Assembly: GCA_012295275.1 (NCBI GenBank)
Contig: CM022676.1
Location: forward strand, 4,526,001-4,590,000
Direction: 5' to 3'
DNA from: Chrysomallon squamiferum
Taxonomy: Eukaryota; Animalia; Mollusca
DNA: 64,000 bases
Shown: piece after piece, positions 26,301 to 40,690 of the stretch
How the letters are laid out: every line of letters begins with the position of its first letter
How positions within the stretch are numbered: the first letter of the stretch is position 1
Program-made: the position numbers and the translations under genes
The notes under the pieces: generated by a model
Seen by the model: the letters and a program-made list of their open reading frames with translations, nothing else
Told to the model about the DNA's origin: nothing
The model's database searches: none

Positions 26301-27948
26301 GGGGTGTGTGTATTTGTATCTGCATAATCACATAATTCGGCAATTTTTTTTTGTATTTTATTTCTTTTTAAAAACAATTCATTCACTCTTTTTTACTCTA
26401 ACCTGAACCACTGTTACAATCCCCGCTGTTTTCCGGTGTCTCCGAACTTACACGACGGCGCCTATGTGCGACGATACCTTTTCCCAAGTCGAAACGGAAA
26501 ATAATTAGGTGTTTACGAGAACTTACGTAACGTTACGAAAACTGCCGAACGACATGGGCGGTTTCTGAAACACTAAGACAAATATTGTTCGCAGCGGGCA
26601 AATATAATTAACTGAGTTTAATGTTTACTAATGACTTAGCGGGGGCGGAAAGGCGAGATGGATATATTTAATCTAAACAACAGATAATTGTCTGCATCGA
26701 TAGAGTGTCCTAGCTTAATCAAAGGGAGATAACTGCGATGTTAACACTCGGGATGAAACTGAAGGCTTTGATATGGTGTCCGATTACGTAAACATGACGC
26801 TGACGTTGCTAATGATCTTTGATCACCGTCGTTGGTGTCTGTTTCATCAAGTTTGATCTGGTTTCATTGACCTCGAGTTATCTGTCTTCGTGTCACGTGA
26901 TGCTTAACGAAGACATCATTATGTTTTCTTTATTTTTCTGCACTCTTCGTCATTTCTTCGTTTGTTTTATATTTATTTGATTTTTATTATTATTATTATT
27001 ATTATTTTTTATTATTATTATTATTATTTTCTACTTTTCTTTTTTTTTTTTTTTGCTTGTTTCTGTTTTTAGTTAGATTCTGTTTCCTTTCGTTTTACTT
27101 TTTTCTTATCTTTCTTTCTTTTTTTTTTTTTTTTTTTTTTTGATTTTATTTTTTTTTTCTTTCTTTCTTTCAATTTTTACGTATTCTTTTTTTTTCTCTT
27201 TGTTTTCTTTCTCTCTCTTTTCTCTCTCTCTCTCTTTTAAATTTTTTCTCTCTCTCTCTTTCTTTCTTTCAATTCCTTTATTTTATTGTTCTTTTCCTAT
27301 ACCCCATTTAAATTTTTTACTGCCCCCAGTTTACACATATTTGTAAATTTATCTTCATATTTATATACGAAAAAAATGTCTAATACCCATAATTATTTCC
27401 CAAGATACCTTCATAACAAACAAAATATGTTTTTCTGTAGACTTAATACAGTTCAGTAAACGATTTTACGTTACGTATTATAATTATACGTATTTAATAT
27501 TAAAGAGATTTTTTTTCGAAGAGATTTATACCAACTAACATTCCAATGGATATCTGTCCTTTCGGTGAGTTTAAACAGAGTTATTCCGCTTGGTTTAGAT
27601 TTCTTTCGAGCACAGGATTTTTTAAATTTTTGTTTTAAATAATTATATGTAACATTAGATATGCAGTTGTTGAATGTGTCATGGTATTTACTTTCTTGTC
27701 ACAGGCAGCCTAATCATTAAAAAGATGATGATGATGATGATGATGATAATGGTGATGATGATGATCATGATGATCATGATGATGATTATTATTATTTTTT
27801 TTATCGCTGTCGATGTTGTTGTTGTTTATAACGTAGGTGTTACTGATGTTGCTGTAGATGTTGTTCTTCTTATTATTGTTGTTGTCACTGTCGTAGTCAT
27901 CATCATCGTCATCTCTTTTTTTTTTTTTTTACAATAAAGAGTACGCAC

Positions 27949-27991
<43 letters not shown>

Positions 27992-29276
27992 TTTTAATGT
28001 TCCATTTCTGTCATTTACACTGTTTGGATGTAGTTATGTCTCTCTGTGTGTGTGTGTGTATGTATTATATGTACATACGTATGTATGTATGTATGTATGT
28101 ACGTAGTTATATATATAGGTATTTACGTACGTGCATAAAAATCTCCTATCTCGAATACGGATTACCTCGAACAGTTTAAGCCACATCTACGACTGTTTAC
28201 TTTCTTTCACTTTTATTTACTTGAGATCAACGACTCCGAGAATCAAAACACTGCTTACTTACTTGTAATACCCTTCTTACCTCACTCGATAAAAGAACGA
28301 AATGACGTCATGCTTTTTCTTAGCGGACAATCGATCTGACGTTTTACAATTGTCGTTATCCGGTTAGTGCCGAAACGACATAAGCGAAAATTACCGGGCT
28401 GGAAAAGACGTTTTGTAATAACCCAGCAATTTTTGGATCGTTTCGGCAGATATGAAAAGAGCGATTGAAAAAAAAAAATATCGTACTTATCTTGCATTCC
28501 GTTATATTGTCACTTGATGGTAAATTTATCTGATTTTCCTAATCCGAATTCTGTTTTCGACAATAAAGAGATTTAGAAGAAAGTATGTGAGGGTAAACAG
28601 ATGTTTAAATTTGAAGGATTTGCAAAGGATTTGATGGAAATTTTGTAAACTGTGAGGTATTTAACATTGGGCCAGATTTACAATAAAAATTTTTATACTT
28701 ATTTATTTATTTATTTATTTTCTTTTTTTTTATTATGAAAATATAAAAAGCAGTAGGTAGATTTATATTGGTAGGAAAATATATTTGGCAGTTACTGTAA
28801 AGGTTTTAGTGACAGAGAAAATTAAAAGCTTTTGTTATAGTTAAACCTTTAGTTACAAGGATAATAATAATAACAATAACAACAATAACAACAACGATCG
28901 ACACAAAGAACAAGAACAATAATAATAAAAATGATTTTAATGATTACGATGATGATGATGAAAATGATAATGACTTTGACGATGATTATAATAATATCGA
29001 AGAAATAGTAGAAGCTGTTGTGTTTATAGTAGCAGCAACAGCAGCAGCAGCATCAACAGCACGTCAGCACCTACACTACTACTACTACTACTACTACTAC
29101 TACACTACTACTTCTACTACTGCTGCTGCTACTGCTACTGATACTGATACTGATACTACTACAACAACTACTTCTACTAATACTACTACTAATAATAGTA
29201 ATAACAATAATAATAACAACAAGGTGAGAGAGAAAGAGAGAGAGAGGGAGGGACGGAGGGAGGGAGGGAGAGGGAG

Positions 29277-29411
<135 letters not shown>

Positions 29412-30460
29412 GGCAAAGAGTGAGAAATAGAAAGACAGAAAGAGAGAATGGGAGAAAATAAGATCATAGACAGGGAAAGATAAAAAGAAAGAATGACATT
29501 CTGCGCCGTCTGCTATGTTTTCTATTTGATCTTTCAAATCTTTCAATAACAGATTAAAAAAAATCTTCCATATGTAATTCTGTTAAAACAAAAACCTAAA
29601 ACGTATCTAACATCACAGAAATACGTTTATGAATCCCCACGGACTTGCCGAAGGACTCATGACTTGAACAAACCCATCACTACGTTTTAAAACAGAAGAA
29701 GAAGAAGAAGAAGAAAAGGAAACAAAAAACAAAAACCCTCTAATTAGAACAAAAGATACAACTCTTTACATATCACTTCACGCCAGTTAACACACACACA
29801 CACACACTGAACCGAAAAACAAAAAAAACAGAACAAAAGATATTCCTTTTTTCTCTCTGGTCGACAAAAAGATATTCGTTTATGACCTACAATAGATATT
29901 CTCTTTATCTTTTTTTTTTTTTTTTTTTTTTTTTTATCTTACATTTCTTTACATGCTGTATCTACGCTTTGACAAGCACATCTGATTAAAGCAACACTCT
30001 CTTCTCTGCCAGGCCAATTTTTCACACTTTACTTCTTTTGCGCGAGACAGCTTCGGAGATCGACTCGTCAAATGCGCCCGAAGCCGACGTTACTCGAGGC
30101 AAAGAACCTGCTGTCGCCACCGGTCAGTTTCGTTCCCCGCCTTTTGTTCTGCCCACTAATCACGAGCTCGCAGCCACCCCCCTTACCCCCACACACCCCT
30201 CCGAGGTCGGAAAGATCAAGGAGGGAACAAAACGGATCAAGTGTAATGCGAGATTAAGTGACGATGTGTTGGTTTAACCGTTTCATAAGCGTCAGCCATT
30301 ATTACGCGCGTATCGTTAAGGGAGATAATTAGGCAAGGGGACGCAACTCTAAGTTTTTTTTTTTTTTTTTTTTTTATAAAGACCTGAAGATGGATGGGTG
30401 GTATTGATCGAGTTAATTTTTATAAATATATTGTTGAACAGAAATAAAGACAAAACGTTT

Positions 30461-30522
<62 letters not shown>

Positions 30523-30701
30523 AATAATAATAATAATAATATGAAGAAAAAGAAGAAGAAGAAGAAGAAGAAGAAGAAGAAGAAGAAGAAAGAAAGAAAG
30601 AAAGAAATAATATCAAAACTACTACTACCACAATCAAAACTCACTTTTACTAACACAGATACTGCTACCAGTAGCAAAAAGTATTATTAGTAATACTATA
30701 C

Positions 30702-30734
<33 letters not shown>

Positions 30735-30833
30735 TGTTATTAATACTGTTATTACTGTTGCTATCACTGCTACTACGATTATTACAACTACTACAACTTC
30801 ACTACAACTACTACTACTAATACTACTACTAAC

Positions 30834-30908
<75 letters not shown>

Positions 30909-31459
30909 AAATATAATTAAACATTTTTGAAGTACTGAATATTCACGCACACACAGACACACTCACACACAAATACTAACATCACAACATATTCCTTTAA
31001 TTTACAGCACATGCCATTTCACTTTGATTTCGTACATAAACGATACATGCAATATATTCCCCATACTGCGTCTGTTATTATCAACCAACACGGTATTGTT
31101 CGACAGTTCAAACGCGAAATGCTGATCAGTTCTTGCCAGTGTTGTAGGTGTTAAAAAGCAAACAGAGGCGTTCTGTGTTCAGTGTAACGACTACAAGTGA
31201 TTTTAATTAACGACATGATAAATTGATTGCAGCTAACTGAAGGACTTTGAAAGTCTTTACCGTTAGATGTAATCTGGTTCATTGTTTTTTGAAGATGGAT
31301 TCAAAACAAAAAAAAAACAGGTTATAAGTTAGCTGTATTTTAATGTAACAACTGAATGTTTGTGTGTATGATGTAACAGATATGTAACAGATATGAAATA
31401 TTAGTTCGAAAAAAGAAATAAAAGTTATTTCGTAGTGCATAGACTCTTTCTTAGTTGCA

Positions 31460-31545
<86 letters not shown>

Positions 31546-32228
31546 CTTTCTCTTGTCTGTATGTTTCTGTCTAAACCAGTTTGTTTTCTATTCCATTTCG
31601 CAATACAAAATGATCATCGAGCATCACTAATTCCTAGAGGTTAAAACAGTAAAACAGTTAACTCATCAAACTGTTTTCACCATAAAAATACACGTCACAT
31701 TAATAATTAACCAGTTAATAAAACAACGTACACCATATACTTCTTTATCTGTAATTCACACTGAAAGAAATGATTTCTAACGAAACGTATTAATGGGTTT
31801 TTTTTTTAACCACTGTCGTTCTAGATAACAAAAATGGCGTACCTACGTCTAGTGTATTGGAAACAAAAGCATGCACCGCCAACATGAAAAAAAAAAAACG
31901 ATTTCTTTAAAGCCAATATATTAACCCTTGCACCTCTAAGGCTGGAACGTACGTGTTCTGTAAAGAGGCATAGAGAGCCGCTATTTCACATTACTTCTGT
32001 CTGATCTGCATATTGCGAAATTTCAGAACTAATTTTGAAATCTCAAGGAATATATCTGACTCCCACATCTATGAGTTTATTCAAATCACAGGTGTTTTGT
32101 TTTTAACTTTGCAATTACAGTTCTTGTCTTTGATTTCTTTATAGCAGAAGTGTGACTGTAACAAATGATTTTGTTTGCCGTCTGATCGTTTATACAACAA
32201 GACTTTTAATGAATTGCAATATATATAA

Positions 32229-32279
<51 letters not shown>

Positions 32280-32737
32280 TATATATCTGTGTGTGTCTAT
32301 ATATCTATGTGTACATACATATTTAAAAGTATTTTATTTTAATACACAGCCAGTCAAGAAATATATATCGTTTGAATATTAAAGGTGTAATATTATATAT
32401 TTTGAAATAGTTTAAGGTGCTGTTGATGTTTGTTATTAATATTAGTACTTGCAGTGGTAGTAGTAGTAGTAGTAATAACTGTAAAAGCAGTAGTAATAGC
32501 AGTTATAACAATTGTAATAGTAAGTCGAAGAGAAAAAAAATAGTAATATCGGCAAAAGAAATAGTAGTAGAAATATATATAGCAGTAGTAGTAGTAGCAG
32601 TTGTTGATGTTGTAGAAGTGGAGAAGGTGTAGTGGTAGTAGTTGTGACTGTACCTATAGCAACAGTAGTTGTAGTAATAATAACTAATAACAGTAGTTGC
32701 AGGAGTAGTAATAGTAGTAGTAGTAGTAGTAGTAGTA

Positions 32738-32780
<43 letters not shown>

Positions 32781-34307
32781 TGGTAGTAGTAGAAGTAGTA
32801 AACGTTGTAGTAGTGGTGGTATTTTAGTAGTAGTAAAACTAAGTATTTGTATCAGCTGCATAGTAATTGTATACACATATTTATCTGTTATTAAGTTTTA
32901 AGCTTGTGTCTGCGCAAACCGACACATCTAAGAACGATTCGATTACGCACCTGTCAATGCGTAATGATTAGCATAGGCTACGAAATCTGTCGTAATAATC
33001 ACATTACCACAAATCACAATTTTACTTACATAAATCAAAGGAAAAGAAGATGCCGAGCTCTTGATAAAAACAGACATGGATAAAAAAGAAAAAAAAATTA
33101 AAATTAAATAAATAAAAAAAAAAATCAAATAAAAAAAAAATCAAACAATAGCTCGTCCATTGAATGGGTTTGATCTTACAAGCTGTCGCGCCTTGGGCGG
33201 TTTCTTTTAACAACACAAACACAATCCGCCCATAACCTTTAGTACATCGTTTAATTTGAGAAAAATAAAAAAATTTAATATGACCTCCAGGATTTCCCTT
33301 TACAGGACTTTTTTAAGCAAACATTTGTATTATTAGCAACATGTTGCTACGTTGTTCCTGACTGTGACAACGTCTTCGGGCGACAACGAACATCGTGCCA
33401 CGGGACTCGAGTAACTGATAATTGGTCGGAATGATCAATGGGGTGCTTGTAATTACGTGATAGATGTGTGATAAAGATGATGCGCGACTTTCGTGTTTTT
33501 CGTTAAAAAGAAGAGTTCGGGCCAGGGTTAGATAACTCAGTTGTTTCAGCTGTGTTTAGAATATTTCGTTTGATATATATATTTTTTTTTTTTAAACTGT
33601 GTGATTTTGTTTTAGGCTAATTTTTTTTTTTTTTTTTTTTTATTTCTCTTTGTCGCTCTTCTACTCTTTCTTTCTTTATCTGTTTAGATATTTTTTTTTC
33701 TTTCTTTTTTCTTTCTTTTTGTCATCCACTTTATAGCGTTTATTTAGTTTTATTTTATTTTATTTTATTTTATTTCATTTTATTTTATTTATCTATCTAT
33801 TGAATAATAATTTTATTTATTTATTTATTTATCTGTTGTTTTTTTTTATGTGTTTGTTTATTTATTTAAACAACAAACTTATTTCTTCTGAGTCCAAAAT
33901 ATTTGACAGTTCATATGTATATTAAAGAAAAATGCAAAAGTATAGGTTTGGGACAAAAAAAAATATAGAAAAAAGAAAAAAAAGAAATAACATCACATCC
34001 AAACTACGCTAATAAATGTTAATTAACAACATAATCACACAATACATTTTTAATTAAACTTATACCCCAGTTCTGTACTAGTTTTCCAGCTCAGTGTTTC
34101 TCTTTACTGTGAGCCTGTTAATTGTTTATCATACCTGTATGTATGTTATTAATTTGGTGTACATGAAATATATTATATTTATAGCAGTTTGTTTGTTTGT
34201 TTTTAGCATGCGGTTGTTTTGATGTTTTTTACATTGTTTATATTTGAGTTTTTATTAATTAGTGTTTCTTTAGTAACTTTGTGAAACAGTTTGATGAATC
34301 TTCCTTA

Positions 34308-34350
<43 letters not shown>

Positions 34351-34476
34351 TACTAATACTATTACTACTATTATTATGATGATTACTATTATCATCATCA
34401 TTATCATTATTATTATTATTATCATCATCATCATCGTCATAATCATCACCATCACCATAATCATCATCATCATCTT

Positions 34477-34507
<31 letters not shown>

Positions 34508-34518
34508 TTATTATTATT

Positions 34519-34554
<36 letters not shown>

Positions 34555-35673
34555 GCTATTAAAGTCATAGATCGAAATGTTAGGTCATAAGGCTAAGTAT
34601 ATTAATAGTAGTAGTTAATAGTAATAGTCGTAATGACTGCTGTAGTACTAGTAACAACAGTCGTAATAGTACTAATAGTAGCAGTAGTAGTGGTGGTAGT
34701 AGTAGTAATAATACAACTACTAATAATAATAAGAAGAAGAAGAAGAAGGAGAAGAAGAAGAAGAAGAAGAAGAAGAAGAAGAAGAAGAAGAAGAAGAAGA
34801 CGACGAATAAGACGAATACAAAAACTTCATTATTTATAAAAAATACGAACAAACTAAAGAAGTTAAGGGGAAAAAAGCAACATAAATTATTATTTTTATA
34901 ACTTTGGAAAAACATACATAAAATATATATATATATACGTGTTTCCATACATATCATTTTGTATGCTGGGATTCTGATAAATTAAAAAAGTGGAAAATAT
35001 ATATTATTTTTTTTAAATATTAAAGTATTCTCTTTAACACTTTTATATAGTCATTAACATCTTATTTTAATTTATATTAGTTTCGTTCAGTATTATTTAT
35101 TTATTTATTCATTTATTTTTTTAGTTAGTTAGTTAGATACATTGGTACATTAGCAATTTAGATAATAACGAATCTTTATTCTTCTGTCCAAAAAAAAAAA
35201 AAAAAAAAAGAAAAGGAGAGAGTTATGGTCAATTTCCCATCATGTACAGAAATTTCTATTTTTTTCTCTCTCAAAATCGGGGCGCAGCATGCAAGAAATT
35301 AACACGTTTAATAATGGACAATGAACAATACGGCTACTGTAGTTCTGGTAAATCAGTTTCTTCAAGCAATCTACAAACGCAGTGTTAATTTCATCCGCGT
35401 GTGAAATATGTGATATATTTCATTCACGTATCTCAGGTATTGATCGCGCTCTGTCTTTCATGTTTCCCCGCCTCCGTAAGGTGTGAAGGAAATGCACGTG
35501 CAGTCGAAGTCATGTTTTTATTGGCTTAATTAGATCAGTATTCGAAATTGATTAGCGTTTTTAATTCTCTTTTTTTTTTTTTTTTTTTTTTTTTCTTTTT
35601 TTTTTTTTTAATTTTTAAGGACAACTGAAAATCATGAACTTTTGTAATATCTGTCAAGAACATTTAGTAAATA

Positions 35674-35730
<57 letters not shown>

Positions 35731-36142
35731 GAAAAAAGAAGAAGAAGAAAGAAAATTACTATATTTCAAATATAAAAAGTCTTGAATTTATAAAAATAAA
35801 TGCACTCTTATTATTTTATGTATTAAAGATATAAAAATAATAAATAAAACATTATATATTTACTGAATAAGTAAGATAGTAAGTAAGTAAACAAACAAAC
35901 AAATAGATAAACAAATAAACAAACAAATAAAGAAATAACACAAAAAAATAAATAAATAAATAAATAAATAAAATAAAATAAAATAAAGTATAATAAAAGA
36001 AATAAAATAAAATAAAGTATATACATGAAATAAAAGTAAGAAAGAACAGACAGTATAGCATATAGTCAAAAAAAGAAATAAATGAACCAACCAACCAACA
36101 AACAAAGAAATTCAATAGATAACTAACTACAAAATTAGCTGA

Positions 36143-36224
<82 letters not shown>

Positions 36225-37433
36225 TCTCTCTCTCTCTCAGATAACAAAGGCGCTGAAATGAAAACAGAAAAACATCACAGGTGTTCAAGATGAAATATAT
36301 TGCTCAGGTTTTGTCGAGTTCTGTAATTCAACGCAATACACCACATTAAAACACCCGAATTTATTTGAAGTTAAAAAAAAAAAAAACTCGAAGACAGCGT
36401 CACGACTTCTGTCAAAGATTCTAACGACAAAACGTGATCAGAAACCTTTGTTTGAATTCTGGTGTTACTGTTTCTGAATTAACGTTGAATTGTTTCGTTT
36501 GACTGGTTAATAGTAAGATTTTTGTTCTCAGGACAAGTATTCTTAGAAATGAAATGAAATAAAATAAATAAAATAAAATTAAATTAAATTAAATTAAATA
36601 AAAAAAAACGTATTGTAACGTAACGTAAAGTAACGTAAAGTAACGTAATGTAATGTAATGAAATAATACTTGTTTCTATTATATATATATATTTGATATT
36701 TGATTATATATACATAGCGTCATTTATACTTGTATATTTTTATTTATACGTATATATGTACGTATAAACTGTTTCTCTGCCAGGTGTATCACACACACAC
36801 AAACACACACACAATCATAAGTATAGAACATAATTAATCATAAGTATAAAACATTGCTATAAGATTAAGAAATAATTTTCCATTTAACATGAGCATCAAA
36901 ACTAAATTTTGTATAACATCAATACAGGAGAGTACGATATCAAAATTACATGATATTGTTTTAAAATTAAAATAATAAAATATTATTTTCCCTTTCAAAA
37001 TTGGACTGTGCTTAATGACGTAATGAGGTTTATTAACGACTGCTACAAAATTAATAAATTATTCAGTAGTTTTTTGCGTTTTGGCACACAAGTAAAAAAA
37101 ATGACACTGTCTAGTTCTATATGGGTGTTGGGGTACACAAATAATTGTTTCCATATCTTGGATCTAAACGAACAGCGACGTACAAATAACTATTACAATA
37201 TCATTAGATGTTATTTCCACAAACAGGAGGTGGTCGGTTGGAAATATGGTTGACATTTCACGGTGTCACGTGACTTCTGATGCAAGCGAGGCCCTGCTTG
37301 GGATAGTCGAAAGAGTTTATATAATGATAAAAAATAAAATTGGCAATAAATTAGATACTTTTTCGCTTCTTCATTTTTTGTGTTAGGACATTGTTATTAT
37401 TATTATTATTAGTAGTAGTAGTAGTAGTAGTAA

Positions 37434-37471
<38 letters not shown>

Positions 37472-37915
37472 AAAAAATAATGAAAAAGATTTCAAAAAGA
37501 AAAGAAGAAAAATATAACTTAAAATTATAAATGAATATGAATAAATAAAGGAAGGAAGGAAGGAATAAATAAATAAATGAATGAATAGTTAGATAGATAG
37601 ATAAATATATAAATAAACAAACAAACAAACGAACAAACAAATAAATACTTAATAATACAAATAAATACTATAAAGTAGTTTCATTCTTCTTACTGTAAAG
37701 TCTATTCCGAAACCAAATATCTTTTAACAAAACAAAAGTCAACGCAAAAGTATTATTACGTCATAAACGTGTAACGTCATATAAGTGTGCGAATATGTAT
37801 GTGTGTGTGTATATATGTCTGTGTATATATATATACTGTAAGTATCTAGTTTTGAAATTACTTTCAATTTACATTTACCGCTTATTAATTTAATGTTACA
37901 GTGTATATATATATT

Positions 37916-37956
<41 letters not shown>

Positions 37957-38209
37957 TATTATTATTATATATCTTGTTGCCGTAATACAAATATAGTTAA
38001 TAAAACCTATACTCATAAGTGGATATCTCTGTATGTATGTGAATTTGTGTCTGTATGCATGTATTATTATTAATTTTATTATTGCTATTGTTATTATAGC
38101 ATAACTTTTCGTTCAATAATATCAACAGCAAAACAAAAATTAATTTTAAAATTTTTGTAAATACTAAATCTATTTCATTTCCATATTGCTACAATATTTT
38201 AGTTAATGG

Positions 38210-38465
38210 ATCCCAATCAGGGCCCTGTAATACGACCTTACCTTCCATACTTGTCAATCAGTTCTCCATCCACCGAAATGCTATTGGCTGGCTCAGCAGG
38301 GAACCTCCTTGTGGTGGGAATCCCCGCTGAACAGCCAATCAGAGCTGGCTGTTACGTCATAGTTAATATGCATGAATACTGATGGCAAGGAATGTAACGA
38401 ACACTCACATCTTCAGTAAACTATCAGGACACAATTGAGTGGACTTGACCAAATATGATTGGAAT
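38210..38465 (+). promoter_or_regulatory. Proximal promoter of the PR/SET zinc-finger gene
   Basis: CCAAT/ATTGG boxes at 38213, 38283, 38335 and 38458. kB-type GGGAATCCCC at 38316-38325 and GGGAACCTCC at 38299-38308. CRE-like TTACGTCA at 38352-38359. POU-like ATGCATGAAT near 38368. All lie 370-630 bp upstream of the ATG. Confidence 0.6.
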
Positions 38466-38836
38466 CATTTTTTGTTTCTTCTTTGAGGAGATTTACCGTT
38501 AATTTTAGCGAAATTTGTGAAAAGTTTTGAAGAAAAGAAAAAAAAAAAACTAACTTTTCGAAACGTTAATTTCGATCGTCTGCTGGAAAGTTGCAATACT
38601 TCAAAACTGTTTAAAGCGAAACAGAACTGAAAGTAATCAGAGAAAGTTTAGAGAGAGAAAAAAAATCTTTAATACCCCAAATTAAGATAAAACGAAAATT
38701 TAAATCCACAGTCAAAAAAAAAAAAAAGAAATATCTTAAATATATAATTGTAAAATTCAGAAGGAAAAAAAAACAAAAAAAGGGAAAAAATATAACATTT
38801 TTAAAAATAAAACCAAAAATCGCAGACGACGTTGCC

Positions 38837-39031
38837 ATGGAATCCTGTGTTCTGCTACCCAAGGACTTCAGCCTCGTTCTGAGCCTGCACCCCAACCCCC
38901 AGAACATCATGGAGATGAGTGTGGCGGTGTGGAGCAACGTGCATTTTCCCGCGGGTACCGTCTTCTACCCCGATGAAGGCAACATCAGACTGGACATGCT
39001 AGAAGTCTACTCACTTCTGGACAAGAAACAC
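38837..39031 (+). CDS. PRDM-family (PR/SET + C2H2) transcription factor, exon 1 (N-terminal half of the PR domain)
   Basis: Kozak context GCCATGG. Encodes MESCVLLPKDFSL…AVWSNVHFPAGTVFYP (PR/SET 'GVW…I..GT.FGP'-like). Donor GTAAGT at 39032, phase 0. Confidence 0.88.
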
Positions 39032-40052
39032 GTAAGTTTTTAAACATTTAATTTTTATGTGGTTAACGTTGGTGGCAAGTGTTTTTTTGTTTCTTTTTAT
39101 TTATTTATTTATTTATTTATTTTTTTTTATTTTATTTTATTTTACTCTATTTTTTTAATGTTGTTGTCGCCGTTATTGGTGGTGTTGCTGTTGTTTCTTG
39201 TTTTTTTTTAATTTTCTTATTTTTTATTCTATTTATTACTTTTATTTCTTAACATTATTAATATTATGTTTTTAATTATTTGTTAGCATTATTGCTTCTG
39301 ATAATAGTATTGTTATAATTATAGAAAATATTTATTATTTTGTACGTTATTATTATATCAACGTATAGAATTATTATTAGCAGCAGTTGTTGTAGCAGTA
39401 GTAGTAGCAGCAGGTGTAGTAGTTATAGGATAATAATGTAGAGATTTCCAAAATTATTAACAGCAGCAGTAGAAGTAATAGCAATGCTGTGAATAAATTA
39501 ACTTTAAGTAAAAACGTGATTAATTAATAAGGAAAGAAAATACAATCGTAGATAATTCAGAAATTACAATCTTCACATATAAATTAACAGTGTTTAGATA
39601 ATCTAAATGTGATTATTTTAAAGTTATATTTAATTCCTTCTCTTTTCTCTTTCATTCATTCTTTTTGTTTTTTTAATCTTTCACTTTTCACTCTTTCATT
39701 CTGTTCTTACGAGACTAAAATCAATACGAATAATTTAAAAAGTAATGACAAAGATATCGAAACGAAACTTTTTTCCGTAACTTTAAATTCCATTTTTACC
39801 TGAACAAAGAAAATAAAAATTAATGATTAAATTAATAAACTTCATGTTAATTTCTAAATATATTTAATTTCATTGCAGAGAATATTTATATTAAAACATT
39901 ATGTTCTTGTTTCCAACATTTTATTACAGTTAAAATCGCGGTTTTGAGTGTTAAGCTCTGCGATAAGAGTAACTTTACACAGACTGAGTCCTATCCGTAA
40001 AAGACTGAGTTGATTTATGCCGACATGACTTAGAAAAAAGATAAACATTTAA

Positions 40053-40096
<44 letters not shown>

Positions 40097-40599
40097 AAAA
40101 AGAAATTAAAAAAACAAAAACATATACAAAATCGCCACTCTTAAATTCTCAATTATACAAGCGAAAAATTAAAACTTTCTTTGTTATTTTTTCTTTCTCT
40201 TTTCGTTTAGTATCTGTTTCCTTAATATGCAAATACATCACAAATAACATGCCTTCAAATATATTAATTTAATACAAAAACAAATCATATAACTGGCAAA
40301 AAAAGATCATTATAACCTATGGTACACTTTAAAAATTACACAAATAAGTATTAAGGAAGATGTATAATAATTATCCAAATATCTGCATATTGCAAACTAA
40401 ATAAATAAATAAATAAATAAAAACAATATATACAGTATATACGAAAATAAAATCTACACTATTTAAATATAGATATTACAACATAGCTTAAAAGCGTGCT
40501 GATATATATATTGATTTATAACACTTTGAAATATTCAATTACAAATTTCAAAAACCCAAAACAGAAACTAAAATTTATTAAAGCGACAGAATTATCATT

Positions 40600-40690
40600 T
40601 TAACTCTTCCCAGTGTGGTGTATGGGTGCGTCCTTCTTACACGGTGGAAAATACCACAGCAGAATGACTCGTTACAGCTGAAAGGGTTAA
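40600..40690. mobile_element. Degenerate piggyBac-like MITE (TTAA-CTCTTC…AAAGGG-TTAA)
   Basis: TTAA flanks, imperfect termini, 83-bp element. Confidence 0.3.

Noticed and set aside
30038-30277. 79-aa ORF in a GC-rich island
   Set aside because: TTG start, no domain and no convincing splice sites. Treated as a non-coding island.
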